Source: Harriotta raleighana
Taxonomy: Eukaryota
Direction: 5' to 3'
DNA: 64,000 nt
Assembly (NCBI GenBank): GCA_050575255.1
Contig: JBNZDD010013726.1
Location: forward strand, 9,826,618 to 9,890,617
Shown in pieces: positions 24,961-39,495 of this stretch. Under the pieces are notes generated by a model. It did no database searches. It saw only the letters and a program-made list of their open reading frames with translations, and had not been told where the DNA came from. The number at the start of each line of letters is the position of its first letter. The first letter of the stretch is position 1. The position numbers were made by a program, and so were the translations under genes.

Positions 24961-27697
24961 GCTTTAAGAATTGGTGAATTTCCTGACGATAGTATTCAAA
25001 ATGTGAAGTAATTTATTTGTTTATTGGGATTGATGTATCATTACGATCTCTCGGCTTTGAAAGAGGGGAAGGAAGAGAAGACGTTTGTAGCCCGTGTGAT
25101 GTATTCCTAAGAAGGAAAGTCATTTTTAAATGGAATCTACAGCGTGATGAAAGATGCTACGAAGGTAAAGTTGCACAGCAAGAGAAACATTATTGCTATT
25201 ATCTCGCAGAAAAAATCATGTTTACATTTTGCCAAATGCAGCTGTCTGTACATGCATTATGCATTGCAGCGACAATTGCATCCTGACTATGGGAACACAG
25301 TAATCAGAATGGGATTTGCCAATATATTTGCACAGTTGGCATTTCTCTTGGTTGTTTGACTGCCTTATCCTTTCAGGAACCAGAATATAATGCACTCCTG
25401 TGACTGAATGTTTCTCAAAAAAAAAAAAAAAGTCTGTAAGACCAAGTTAATGGCAATTAATTTATACTAAGCATGAAATCCTAGGAATATGAGCTACAAT
25501 GGTACATATGCATTACAGGTAGATGCCTGGGTGTACGACTATGATGGTATCCACTCTCAGATTGATTTGCTCATCGATGCACACGTAATAAACTTTGCAT
25601 CTGGACTTCATTTTTGTCAGACCATCTGATTTTTGTCTGCCTTTACTATCTTCCAGCATCATCCTTATTCAACTAAGCTGTACCTTTCCCGACATCTCTC
25701 AGCCTTCTGAAAGCTTGAGCTGGTCAGATGCATTGCATGTTGTTTACACTGCCATTTGTTTCTTAGGAGTAGGAAATTCTTATTTTTAAAAAAAAATTAA
25801 ATAGCTTGATTCAGGTGGTTCCTCCTTCCCCCTCCCACTAAGGATGTTTTCCTAACCAATCCATACTGAAGGTGTTCATGACTTGTTAAGCCTAGCAAGC
25901 TTTCGTGATATATTTTTCATAAACCAATGCTCTCCATCATGTATGCTCAGTGACTCACGTTTCACAACCATCTGCTGGTAGGAAGTCTCTTGGTGAAGTC
26001 ATGAAACTGCTTTAGTAACCGAAGTCACACAGGAGTCTGTAACCCTGCTTTCCCAGCTGTTGGAATATAGTTGGAGGTGAGTGTGTGAAGGAAGAGGAAA
26101 GGTGGGGGGCAAGGACAGGAATTAGAGAGAACCTTTACTAACTATATTTAGAGTCATGAACATTTTAAAATTAAAAGAAGAATACAGCAAGGTGTAAATT
26201 ATAAACACCGAGCTCTAGTTTTTTCAAGTTTAGCACCGATACATATTATATTTGTATCACTGGCTTCTATCTCAAGGCCGAGTAAAGTATTTGTGGATTC
26301 AATTGATCTGCTCGGAATACTTTCCATCCTGAGCTAAGATAGTATTACTGTAAAGATTGATTGTTTTGATATTCATTTGTTTTTAATTCCACAGCAAACT
26401 TGATTGTGTTGAATAAGCTACATGCATACATGCTGGGTGATCTTTATTTTATCTGATAAATTATTAATGTCAAATGAGCTTAGCAGGTTTCGTCATTAAT
26501 TTTCACATACTGCCTGCTAAGCAAAAGGAAGTGATTACAAAGGTACAAATTTAGTCTGACTGTAAACCTTCAAAAATCCCAACAAGGGCAACAACTATGA
26601 ATCTATTGTTTTTTAGAAAATAAATCCACCTCTTTAAAATTGTAAGTATAATTCCTTTGGTAATAGCTCTTCCTTCGATTGTGAACTGACTAATTGACAA
26701 GGTGTGGTGCAATGTCTGTTTTGGCATTTATACTTGTATCTTTTCTTTTGTTTAATAACTATAACTGTCAGCTTTCCTGTGCAGCCTTCCTCAGTATTTT
26801 CTGTTATTGTGATGTGATGACAGAGTGAATGGGTGTTTCCTTTCATGTGTACAGTAAAAACTGTTTACGAACGTGGACATTTTATGAAATACATCAATAG
26901 AGTTTCAATTTTAAAGAAAGGGTTGGGAGGTTGGGAGGGAATGGGTCACCATCAAGGCCCTTTTAGAAATTGACCAGTGAAAACAAGTGGAAATTAACTG
27001 ACATTAGCTATCATTTTTCCCTGTATTCTGGAGACGGTCATTTTAACGGAAAGAAGGGTTTAGAGAAATCCCAGAACATTAGGTTAAATGAAGATGTAGT
27101 AATATGTATTAAACCAGTTCCCTATTACTTTCAGAATCAACGAAATAGGAAGGAAGAAATTCAACAAAAAAATATTTAATTGGTTGGCATTTCTTGTTGA
27201 TCATTCTAAATGATGAAATGCAGTCTGTGATTTATCTGTTTAAAACAATTCAAAATAGAGAATGCCCTGGTTAGTGTTTGGTAATATAGTTTTGTCTTAA
27301 CATTTATTATCCATTGAACTTTTTGTTTAATCAATTATAAAAATAAATTTTAAATCATTTGAAGAATGGTTTATGATATTATTTGATATTCTATGTTTAT
27401 ATATATATATGATATATCTGCTTGCAATATATACCATACACTGATCGCCTTCCATGGGAATTCTCCTACACATTTGATTCACTTTTGTGAATTTCACTTC
27501 ACTTTATTGTGCAGATTTCAATTCTTGTTGATGAATTCTCTATTGTAGAAAAAATGATTTACGTACGATTCCTCTGTTCAATATAAAAGACATTCCTGAA
27601 CCACCTGTCAATAACATTTGATAGAATACAGGGGTATATTCAAACCTATTTGTTGTTTTTCTTTAAAGATCCAAAGATGCCAATGGTGGGTATGATA

Positions 27698-27840
27698 TCA
27701 ACAACAACAACTTGCATTCATATAGCACCCTTCACCCGAGGTAGGGTCGCGGAGAACTTCACAGTCGCAGAGTCTGACAATGAGCCAGAGGGGAGAGTGA
27801 GGTGGGAGGTTGACCGTAAGCATGATTAAAAAAAGGTCTT
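27698..27840 (-). mobile_element. L2 3' end
   Basis: caacaacaacaacttgcattcatatagcacccttcac... followed by purine-rich UTR complement. Confidence 0.7.
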
Positions 27841-28497
27841 TAGTCATATCAATGACAGAAAGCGATTGCTTCAGGCCACAGTCTTCACTTGTCGGGTTAT
27901 TGCAATGACAGTGCCAATTGGCTTGATTTAATGTTTCAGTGAGGAGCTGGGGGTTGACAGGATTACCACCGAGGAACGCGTACCAATGTCTTCACAGTTC
28001 AATGGCAGCGAACAGGAAACGGACACACTCAATCATCTTTCCGTGTTTCCACAAAGTTAGGATCTGCCAAGCAAAGCACAGACTTTCACACTACTGTACT
28101 TAAAAGATTTTGTTTCGACTAGCTTTTTGGGGCCAGGGCATGGGGCGGAAGGGGAGTGGGTGAGTAGTTTCCATTAAAATGTGTGTTATTTCTTTTAAAA
28201 TAATAAGAGTTGGTCCTCAACCCAAAATGACGCAGTTCATTTCATTCTTTGCAAATGTAGCTGGGGGAAGGGTGAATCTACCTTTAGTTCTTTTTTCAAC
28301 ACAGACCCTTGTAGATTTTATTTGTTTGTTGTTTTCAGCGTAGCTTGTTTAATGTGAAGTAAACTGTTTAAATTGTGACAGGGGTATTTGGATAGCAAGG
28401 CGTTTTAATAGCAATCAATCAGAGATCAAACAGTAAATGTATTGCCAATAAACTAACGCATTATTCTACTACTGTATCAACCAAAACAATGCATACA

Positions 28498-28550
28498 TCA
28501 TAGTCTCAAAAAGTTACAGGACAGAAGGAACCCATTTAGTCCCATTGGGG
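28498..28550 (-). mobile_element. CR1-type 3' terminus
   Basis: catagtctcaaaaagttacaggacagaaggaacccatttagtcccat resembles the CR1 end (acagaaggaggccattcggccc). Confidence 0.45.
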
Positions 28551-28834
28551 TTTTCCTGATGTCACCTCTTTCATGGGAGCAATCTGGTTTGATCTAAATT
28601 CCTTTGCTCTTGCTTCATTCACCCTCTTACGCTAAAATGGTTTCTCTTTCTGTTACTGTATATACTGGAACCAACTGGGAAGTAATGGATCGGAAAATTG
28701 CATTAACATTTTTGGTAATCAAGGTGATGTACAACAGAATAATTGGAATGCAGAAAATTTCTTGCCACCTTGAAAATAAATCCAAAACAGCCTTTAAATG
28801 CCCTGTGTGCCAGTATAGATTGTGGAGGGGGATT

Positions 28835-29020
28835 ATCAAACTGATGCCAAGTGTGCTAATTTTGTGGACAATTTTATGCTATAAACTCATCCACTGGGAA
28901 CTAGATTAAGACTGCCCAAGCTCATTTCACTTAGGACCCTAACAGCTATGAGAGAAAGACATTCATCCCATCTGTCTGGGCTAGATTCCAGAAATGGAAA
29001 GACAGTGTTTTGACCTTATG
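28835..29020 (-). mobile_element. LF-SINE-like fragment
   Basis: ccactgggaactagattaagactgcccaagctcatttcacttaggaccctaacagc...ttcatcccatctgtctgggctaga matches the LF-SINE core as recalled and is homologous to 46130-46443. Confidence 0.75.
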
Positions 29021-31859
29021 TGCCAACCCAACCCCCTTCCTTCCTCTTATGCAAACGCAAATCTTTCTACACTGCTGAAAGCATTCAGCATCTTTATATT
29101 CCTTAAAATTTGATTTGAATTGATCACATAACCATTTACTTTCATTAACAGATACCTGAATTAATTTATTCAGGGTTGTAAGTACTGCTACCATTATTGA
29201 TTCTCTTGCAAAGACTTGTCTGTGCTTCTACTTTGGACTTGTTTTTACCTTGGTGTATTGCATTGACAGAATTCCAAACCATTTTTTTTCGAGTTTCAAT
29301 TTTCTTTCATAGAAGCGCAAGGGTACAGAAATTAGAGGATTGTCCGCACAAGAATAACTCACACCTTTTGACTCTAGTTATTCACCCGCCCTCACTCCTT
29401 TCATTATAATTCAATGCAGTATCCTCTCGTTATTTAAGCCTTGAACCCATGTTCCAGGTTTTCAGATTCCTATCAATATTCAGTAAAGCTTGTTCTAAAC
29501 AGAAATATTTTCTCCAATATTGGTAAACATCAAAATGAATTGTCTTTTGAAAGTTTAAGTTCTTTTTAAGACGCGTTTGGTATCTGCAGTATATTTTAAA
29601 AGGCATGTTTTTTTTTAAAGCAATAACTAAACTGACAACCACATTGCTTTGTGTTACTGGTTTTCAGAAACTGCAATATGGTCATATTAACCCAGATGAA
29701 ATTTGACAGTCCACTGAGATGGTATGCATGGTGTCCCAGACCCACATGGTGTGAAGCATAAAGATTACAGTATAATCTTGTGATTATATTCAGCATGACT
29801 TCAGATGAAATGTATGACAAACGAAAGGCTGTGTTTCTTGTAGTCCGAGACTGATACAGAAGCTAATCAGTGTCCAAGTAAATGTCATTACATAAATTAT
29901 AGACAAGACTTTGATGCATATTCCCACAGAGCCTCACAGTGTCATCTAGAATGAGTTAGAGTGCTCATGAAGTGGAATTTGCAAGTAACCTCTGTAAATT
30001 CATTTTTTTTAAATAAAAAAAACATTTACAGTATGTAAAGCATCAAAAGCATTTGAAGCACGAATCAGTATTTAGTAAAATGCTGCCTATTATTGCAAAG
30101 GTTTCCAAAACTGTAACAGCCAAGGGTTTCAAAGGACTTATTGTGGCAAAAACCTTGTACAAAAGGAGTTGCTGAAAAGAAAAAAAGAAACAGTTCTTGC
30201 CAAGGAATGAAACGTCTATTGTTGAACCATGAACTATAAGAGATAAAAGGAACAAACAAACAGCAATGATGATCAAACCAAGCTACAGTATGTTCAAGCT
30301 TTCTACTGAGGACTGACCACAACTTATGTACCACCTCTGAATTCTGAACAGATTCATTCACAGAGCATAGGCTGCACAGCTTGTGAGGAATTCAGATCTT
30401 GCCTTCCCCCCCCAAACCCTCAAACACAGAGGTAACCTTGCTGAATTCTAAAAGCAAAATGTATTTGGTAGATATATTAACACACGTATGTACAATCGGA
30501 AAAATGTATTAATATTCCAAAGTCCCTTGTAACGATATTTTCTTTTGAATAGTCGGAGATATTCTTACAATAAAAGTATTTATTGAGAATAAATATCCTC
30601 GGTGATGTGCAAGATGAAAGCGAACAGTGAGAAGGAAACAAGGTTGACTGTGGGCAAAAAATTCAGCTGAAAAACATTATTTTCTTATTCCTATCTTCTT
30701 TTGACTTTGTAAAAAAAAAAATACACATAACTTGAAGAACCATAAATTGAGGCCACATTTCTTCCCCTCAACCTGGAGGGTTAAGAAAACAACAGTGTGG
30801 ACCAAAAGGTGAAGCTTGAGGCACGCTATCGCATGCACAGTGAACTATTTGCTGAATGATTGATGGAAGTTGATCTTCTCATCGAGACATCCTGAATTTT
30901 TGAAGATTTACCTCATAAAACAATTGATCCAGAATAATTTAGGATTCAGGTTGCTCTGGGCCACGGGGAAGAAAACATTGCTGGTGAAATTTCTCCTACA
31001 GTTAAAGGAAAATGTGCATCAATATCACGGGAAATAAAACCGTGTTGTTCAGACAAAAACTACTAAAATTCACTTTGTTCAACTTTCCTCAAGTATTTTT
31101 TCAAATCTTATCCGAATAAAAGGTAGTGACATTTTAAACATATAAATCTGTTCTGTTGCATGACATATTCATGCAAGGGGAGATGGGTAACTACAAACCA
31201 CTTTATCTACTTCTCTTTGTGATCAGAGGAGCAAAGATATCCAAACTGTTCAACTCCATAAGAGATTGTGTCTTGCAGAACAGTGTTACAGGGACCTCTG
31301 AGGCCGAAATGTTGATCAGAGGGATTACTGAATGATTCAAGTGTAGTTGACATCAAAATCTGAACAGCACATTCTTGCACAGTGGGAGATTTCATGCTAC
31401 TTACTTATAGGGGTTGGTACAGACTTATCTCTGAAGATTTAAATATGGTCCACTGAGACCAATTGTCTAGTCTCAGCAATACCGTACAGAAGATGAGGAG
31501 CTCCAGTCTATTTATATTGTTTTCTGCATCCTTTTTAGTAATCAAATCCCCAGAAACATGTTCCCCTCAACATTGACCCCTCCTCCCCTTGCATTTTGAA
31601 TCCTGACGCAACCATTTCCAATAATTGGGAAACTTGAGAAAGAAGACGATCATTATTTTAATGTCATGAGATGACTAACCTACCAATGAAGCTGGTTGCT
31701 TACCTAGGGAGTCTGCGTGACCTTTTGCTGCTGAATAAAGATTCATTCTCCTGAAAACAAATTGGGTGAATTGACAAAGATAATTATTGGGTTATTTGAA
31801 AAGTTAGGATAGATTGCCACCCAGTAAATGTTGGAATCTGGTTATCTGGTGTGAAGGCC

Positions 31860-32170
31860 ACATTGTATACTGTACTTGCGGAGATTCCACTTCCATATAG
31901 TCTATATTGAGCTCTATCGTTCTTGTAAAGAAATACTTCCTGGTGCCTGCATTAAAACTAGCTTTCACAACTCAAAACCTGCACACTCTTGCTCCACCTC
32001 TATTCTTCTTAAGATTTTGTATATCTCTTTGTGATTCTCATCTGAGACAAAATGGGTGCCTTATCTCGTGTAATCCTTCCTCACAGATTACCCCTCTAAA
32101 ATGGGATACGATTTATTGGTTGCCTTCCTTGCAAACTTTCCTTATTAAAAAAAAATCACTACTCCAACCT
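31860..32170 (-). mobile_element. old CR1 LINE ORF2 3' fragment
   Basis: Reverse complement ggaaagtttgcaaggaaggcaaccaat...tgtgaggaaggattacacgagataagg resembles CR1 E.VQRRAT...YEERL..LG; aggaagtatttctttac resembles RK.FF. Confidence 0.55.
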
Positions 32171-34736
32171 CTCACTAATTGATTACATTTTCAGCAATGA
32201 TTCTATAATAAGAGCAACTTAATGTAAGAAAGAATTGGAGGCATCAGATTATTTTCTACACAAGTGCTCTTAAAAATTCAATACATCAATAGTGGATAAA
32301 CATAACAGTAGGATAATAAGGATTAAATTACTTTGTACTGATACATTTATTTACAGAATTTAATCTTAATATAGTGTGAAATATTCCTGAGGATATTCGA
32401 ACACTTAATAAACAACTTATCTAGACTTGCTGAATAAAGAGCAAATTCAATATTATTGAACTCTAAGGACAATTTTGTCACTTAAATGTCTGTCAAAAGT
32501 CTCTAGGAGGACCTGACTAAATAGATTTATTTTATAATAAGAAAACAGTATAAATAGAATTCATTCAAATATAGAACTAGTCAACTATAAAGGCATGATA
32601 ATATTTAAACATTCCAGCACAAGTTGATGTATTAAACTATCGTAAAAGAAACAACAAACATTCGATAATTGAATATCTACATGGAGTAATTTTTTTAATG
32701 AGTATACATATACTGTATGTTGATATATTTGTTTTGGAAGTCCAGATTTAAAAGGGATTGATATACTTCCAATAATTGGGCATTCAAAAGTAAAGCTTTG
32801 GAGAATATGAAAAAATACCATGGGATCCAATTGCAAATTTGTGTTTCTTCTTTTTTTTAAAAAAACATTTGATATAGCCCCTATCACCCGAAGAGAATAT
32901 CTCAAAGTGTTTCATATAATAGTGACTATATTTTTGAGGAGAAACACAGCAGCTAACACCAGTTCTCTTAGAAGACAAAAACAAAATGTTAAGAAACTGA
33001 GCTTATGATTCCCCGACCTAATAGATAGAAACAATGATTTCCATTTCCTTTTGGAGATCATCTTACATTGTAGTCAAACGGCATATGAAAGCCATTGGGT
33101 CAAGTTCTGAGATTGGTTCATAATGTGACTGCTCAAAGGCCGCACCATAAAGCGTCTTGCACATCCTTCACAAAGTTAGAGACTTACAGCAGACTGATGG
33201 CGGCGATTGAGTAGCGGAAGTATCAAACAGATGTTGACTCTTGGCTCCTTTTGGGGCCTCTTTTTGTAGTTATACATTTGGCAGTTTTTAAGGTATCCTA
33301 CTTTAGGCAACACGAGGACATCTGTGGTAAGTGGATATTGGGAACTTCTGGGTCGTCTTGTTAGTGATTATAGAGCATGGGCTTTATTTTCAGTTGCCAT
33401 AATGAGAGGGAAACGTCCGGAATGAGCCAACTCAAATATGGACATTATATGGACAGGACATTAACTTACACCTCGAATATTAACTGGTGTCTAGGACCTG
33501 TCTGCAGAGCTATCCAATTTATGACTCATAGATGCCTGGCTTGGATTTAAGTGTTAAATAAATCTTTAGTTTTCCCATTCTAGTTTCAGTTTTTTTTCAA
33601 AATCTATAACCTTATCATCACCGCTCCAAGTGTAGGGAATAGGGAGCAGTTTCACCTGGGAGAGAAACTGGCTTCTATTTTAACCTTCTCACAACATTAT
33701 CTAAAGGCTGATGAATGGAGGAAGCAAATAACATTGAACAACGCTACTCAGTTTGACAGCATTCAAGTAAATTCGAATAGAATATTTACAACAGTGCATT
33801 AACTTAATGATTCAATGACAGTGGAAGATGACAAAGACTTATTTAAAGCACAAAGCAATACAAGGCCATTAGCTCAAGTCCCCCTATTCAGCAACATACA
33901 GCCAGTTCCTACGTAGTCATTAAAAGACTGTTGAGTACATGGTCCCTTTAAGAACTTGCACAGCATTGCTTTTGAAATTTAATTTATTGAAATGCAGGAC
34001 TCAGTTGGGAATTATTACCCACTTGCTAGCCAATCAGATAGTTTATTAAAATAATACAATCTACTAATGCAAGCTGAAGGCTATAATATTTTTATTGTTA
34101 ATTGCACTGTACATTAGTAACAAATGAGTAGACAGAAGTTCTAGAAATGTTGTGAATGTAATATGGTTAACCATTTTATAACCAACGTCTTTTCAATTGT
34201 GAAATATAGGCACGTTGCATTCAGATATTCTGAAAATCAAACTTATCTCTGAATGTCCAATGACACTTATTATTAGAAAGTCAAATATAGAGCGAGCCGC
34301 AGCTTTTTTTTCCCCCCAAGTCACACATTCTTTAAAAAAAAAATCAAACGTCAGTCATTTTAGATTTATGTTGCTGGCATCCCTAAAGAAGTACAATTAT
34401 TTTGAATTTCTGACATGATTTGTTAAAGGAAAAAATTCTTCCTCGTATCTTACGTCGGTCGCATGATGTACTGCACTGTGGATTAGTATAATGTTAGTTT
34501 ATCCATTTGATTCTCAACGGCTTGAAATCCAGATTGGTCAGAGGAAGTTCTAAGGGGTGGCAAGGCAACTCCTCAAAGAAGAAAAAAAGGGAAGAGGAGG
34601 ATGAGCATTCCTAGCTTAATCTTGTGCACTTCCTAGTGTCTAGCTGTAGAATTACACTGCCAAAAAGCTAGCAGTAGGTTACACTTTATGCTCTCTTGAT
34701 CAGGATGCCATATGGCGTGTGTTTGTATTGGTGTAT

Positions 34737-34770
34737 TTGTGTGTGTGTGTGTGTGTGTGAGTGTGAGTGT
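34737..34770. repeat. (TG)n microsatellite
   Basis: Direct reading. Confidence 0.95.
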
Positions 34771-35312
34771 GGCGGGAATGGGGTCTAATCCAAAAGAAAC
34801 GAAACAATTTAAAAGTAAGCTAAAATGGTAGGTAAGAAGGTGGTACCCTTAGAATAGCACCACGTTCGTTGCTGAGCAAAATAACCCTTTGACAAACCGA
34901 GCCTCACCAAAAAAAATCCTGACTGTGCTGAAGACTTCAGAATAGACCGGCTTCCTTTGATTTCCTAGTCAAACTAAAGGAAAATCACAGAGAGCTGAAA
35001 TACCAAATGACAGCAGGTTGTTACTGAGAAATGTCTGTCCTCTGCTTCTCAATTTCGCTACATCCATCCAGATGGCAGATTAGAAACAGGATTCTGTGGG
35101 GTTGTGACAAATACCTAGGTAATATCATTCAGTTTGCTTAACTGTGAAACAGAATTTACCACTACCCTTTGTTTGATTGTCGACCTGACTCGTCAGATGA
35201 GAGAGACTCTTGGACAATCTGCCAGAACTGCAGCACAACTAAATGCCACAGACAAGTGGTACTTGATGTAAGACTGCAAACAGTGCACCCACCATGACTG
35301 ACAGGTCTTTTT

Positions 35313-35332
35313 TATATATATATATATATATA
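35313..35332. repeat. (TA)n microsatellite
   Basis: Direct reading; similar tracts at ~38812-38830 and ~61568-61598. Confidence 0.9.
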
Positions 35333-38158
35333 ATCTATGGTGTAGATACTTAAAAAAAAAAGGAAACAAATGTATAGGAATATGAAAACAAATGTCTTGG
35401 AAGAGAGATTAGTTCAAACAAAAATAATTCTATGTTTTAACCTCTGGAAACATTTTCGTGACATCGTATTTCTCAGTATGTGTCAAAATAATGCTCCTGA
35501 AACACATTTAATTGGAGTTGGTTTGCTAACACTGCTGTGATCTACTTTTTCCTTCCCTGCTAAAGGAAACCACACTACCTGGAACTGGCACCTAATTATC
35601 GTCAATTTTTATTTAATGTAATAAATGCTGTGCATACGTTAAGTAGCTGAAGTACTGTTGCCAATATTCTTTGTTTTGATCCATCTAAAGTCTTGGTAAA
35701 ATAGAGTGGAATTTCTTAATAGGTTTACTTCATTATTTCGTTTTTAAAATTTAATCTGGAAATATTTATTTTGGCTTAAATCTCCCTTTTTGTTGGAAAA
35801 TCTCCTGAATTCAAAATCAATCGGCGAGTGATCTCTGAGTATATACCACTCTGAGCCTTCAGTAAACATTTATCTGCATACAATCTAAGTTAGATATACA
35901 TGAGAAAGGATCGCAAATCAAATAATTACAGAAATAAGTGAAGCTAATGATACGTCGATTTTAGAATAGGATTGTGAAACAGCCAAAGGAAATTTAATTC
36001 ACAGAACATACACATTTTTTTAAGACTGGTTAGGTTGTTAGGTTTAAGAAAAAAATAAGGTTGTTTCCCCAAATTCAAAGAAGACATTGAAATGTTTGTA
36101 CTGAAATTGGGCAACAGAGGACAATATAAATGCTGCTATTGAAGCCGACTCTAAAAAGACCTCTGTAGTTTTATCCTTAAACTATGTTTTTCTTGGCAAA
36201 CTTTGAAGGTGATTCAAAAGGAAGTAGATAAAGAATAAATCTCCCTCATTTTACAGTGGGCCATGTGATGTGTATTCATTTTGGCAGTACAAGATACAGG
36301 TATCTCCTGAAAAAACACTCTTGATCCAAACACAGTACCAAGTAATCCATCAGAGGAACATGCTTAGATTATGATTTGCGTTTCCGATGCCCATTTCTGT
36401 TCCCTGAGGTCTAATCGGAGGCTATTGAATGCTTGCTAACCATTTCACTTACAACTGCTAGAATAATCGTCAGTAAAAAAAGTAACATTTTATCACCCGT
36501 TCCTCAATAGTATTAACTCCTGCAGCGGCGAAAGAAAAAACTTGTGCCCCATGTTTCTTCCTAGCTTTTGCTGCGGGATTTGCATTCTGTTTTCTGCCGG
36601 AGAACGAGCACAGCTCTTTGCCAGCTGGAACTGTGATATGCATGGCAGAAATGAACATCAGAAAAGGCAAGGACAATTAAGTCCAAGAGTCAGCCAGAGA
36701 AACTCACTGGGAGTGGCAGAATTGCTTGTAATAAAAGCACATTAGTTTTGTTCAGTGGTGTGGCGCTCCTGTCTACTCGTAATCCAATTAATAGTTGAAT
36801 GGCTATTATATGGAACAAATGTACATAAGGAGAAGGAAACTTTCGCCCCCCCCTCCCTCCCATATTAGACGAGCAAAAAAAGTGCCTCCCATAGCGAGAT
36901 GGTGGTGGAGCAGTGAGGGGATGATGGGATTCAGGAATGACGGAACAGCAATTGGGGTTTCTTTCATATATTGTGGTGTGGTGTGTTTTTTCTACTGAGT
37001 ATCTCAGCTGTAACTTGGGACCATACCCTGAGCACGTGCTACGTGCTTTCCCGTGGGGAAGAAGGGAGACCAGAGGGTCACAGTACACTTCTCTTATACA
37101 TTCCCCCAGTGTCTAGCTCAAGAACAAAATAAGGCCTAGATGCAGATTACTCCCCAGTGTTTGTACTTGTGTTGAACCTGATGTAGGTGGAGTGAGCAAC
37201 AGTTGCTCAGTTATGGTGCGGCTGGTAACCAACTGGATTCTCCTTATGACGGGTAGGTGTCATTTTCTGAATGCAACCTCATCTGCTTGTGTCCAGAATT
37301 CTTATTACGGAAACTATGAAGTGCTCGTGGATGAATCAGAGTTCACGGATGCACACAATGGGCAAATTGTAGAATATATCATTCATACTGTGTCTTTTTG
37401 TGCTATTCCAAACTCCATTCCAGCTTGTCCCCTGCTGAACCAAATCCAGTCTGTCCTCATACCTTCAGCTCTGGGGTTCATCAGCTGAATGATCTATATG
37501 CCTCACATTATGTGGAAGTTTGGGCCTTTAAACATAAGAAGATCAGTAGGGATTGGAGATGCAATGATTCCTTCATGCAGGCCATTCACTATTCTGTTAC
37601 AACATACAGTATATCATGTAATTTGCGTAACCCTGCGGTCTTCACTTCTAACAGCTTACTTGCTATTTTCTTGTTAACATTTATCTGTGGTCAGTACAGT
37701 ACTTTGGTAACAATTAAACTTTTCCTAATGTACATCCGTATCACGAGTGCCAGCCTCACAGTAATATTCATGGCTTACCCTAATGCTTTCTGTTTAAATG
37801 ATGCAAATTATTCTGGACCTCCTCCCTGCGGTGGAGACAGAATTGATGTGGTCGGTAACATGTTACAATGCCTTGGTGCCCTCCTTGCATGTTAGAGGGT
37901 TGTCCTCCCCCCATCAAAACTACGCTCCCTCCTCACTCTGGTTCAGCAGAAGATGCATTGCTCTCTCCCTGAAACTTTCTATTGTGCTACTGTCATTGCT
38001 GCCGAGACACACTTTTCCACCACAATTTTTACACTTCGCCTTTGGTTTCACTGGCTTTTCAAAACCTACAGAGGTCAAGTGACTCATTAGCTGCCTGAAG
38101 CGTGAAAATTGTATTACTGCAGGTGATTGGCCGTTGTCTGGTATTTTCGCGTTGCCCA

Positions 38159-38252
38159 CCCCCCCCCCCCCCCCCCCCCCCCCNNNNNNNNNNNNNNNNN
38201 NNNNNNNNTCCCCCCCCCCCCCCCCCCCCCCCCCCTCCCCCCACCACCACCC
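38159..38252. repeat. poly-C tract containing a 25-N assembly gap (38184-38208)
   Basis: Direct reading. Confidence 0.95.
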
Positions 38253-39339
38253 TTTTGAATATGCATCCTTCACAGTCGCACACTTTGTGAAAGACGCGTT
38301 CCAGCGATTTCTTCAGCAGATTCGTTAAAAGTTCAAAAAAAAAAGCTATAGCCTTGTTGTTTTTGTCTTACGACCCAAGGAACTTCAAGCCCTTAATGTT
38401 TTGCTGAAAGAGAAGCTGTCAGGTTATCGATGATAAATTAAAATGAATAAAGAAACTCTTGTCATGAATTTGAGAGAAAGGAATAACTATGAGCATACAG
38501 ATGATCACAAGGCCCTCTGGGGTACTCTGTAGAGGATTATGCTTTCAGTATATGTGTGCTGTCTCAATAGCACTGCCAAAATCTACCAAATCTCCACATT
38601 TACCTGGGAGACTCCCTGAAACAGAAGCTGTATATGGTTGGCCCTCATCGAATGTAATTTCTCCCAGAGAGAGTTATTTCCTCTTCTGTGTACCCTCTCT
38701 CCATGATGCTTTAGTAGTGTGTTCAGTAGTTGGATGGTTTATTTATCCGAATAATGACCTTGAATAACAAAAAAAAAGCACAAATGAACTGGAGAAACAG
38801 CTTGCGTTGAGGTATATATATATATATATATTTGTATGTTTATATAAATAAGCCGAATACTACCGAGCGTGTTACTAACAGAATCATGAAAAGATTATGA
38901 TTTCACTTACTCCACCATGTGCAAACAATGACCTTGACTTCAGATGGAAGCAGAGGTTGTTGAATTTCTCAGAAGGTAAAATAAAATGTTAGATATCTAA
39001 GTTTTCTGAAATGAATTTTCTGGTGGAGGGTTCAAGGTCACTGTTTTCTTGATCTATATTTGAAAATGCAGAAAATAGCACGCAAAAAAAACATTAGGGC
39101 ATGATACTTTTCTCAATTAACATTTCAGGTCTGCATTAACATCTCATCCAAAGGGGGGACTGGAAATACAGAAGCACAAATTTAAATCAAGATTAGAATT
39201 TTAACTCTTTCTCACCATTGCGTAATAAATAGAAATGCATTCCATGTTTATAGTTTATAGTTTCAACTTCCCGACTGGTGTATAATTCTGCTATACAGTG
39301 TTGTTCTGGATTATTATTTGGGGGGAAAAAAAAACGTAT

Positions 39340-39495
39340 TAAGACAGGAGTGCAAGGGGATACAGGTTTAGGGTTGCAAGGGGGCAATTTCAGGAAACAT
39401 TTATTCACCCAGAAGGCGGTGAGTGACTGAAACAGGTTACCAAGAAGGGTGATTGAAGCCAGAATGCTGGATTCATTCAAAAGCAAAGCTGGGAG
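39340..39495 (+). mobile_element. CR1 LINE ORF2 C-terminal fragment
   Basis: Translates as FRKHLFTQKAVSD*NRLPRRVIEARMLDSFKSK, matching CR1 RKHFF.QRVV..WN.LP..VVEA..L..FK. Confidence 0.82.

Noticed and set aside
33251-33266. GGCTCC-TTTT-GGGGCC hairpin with histone stem-loop geometry
   Set aside because: Lacks the conserved top U-A pair and flanks; short enough to be chance
35178-35200. Minus-strand CTGACGA-GTC..GAC hammerhead-like start
   Set aside because: No GAAA after the stem
37920-38100. KAKCKNCGGK as a BED zinc finger or hAT transposase
   Set aside because: Only one CxxC; no upstream W..F, convincing His pair or TIRs
38059-38328. Poly-Pro/poly-Gly ORFs
   Set aside because: Translation of a poly-C tract containing a gap
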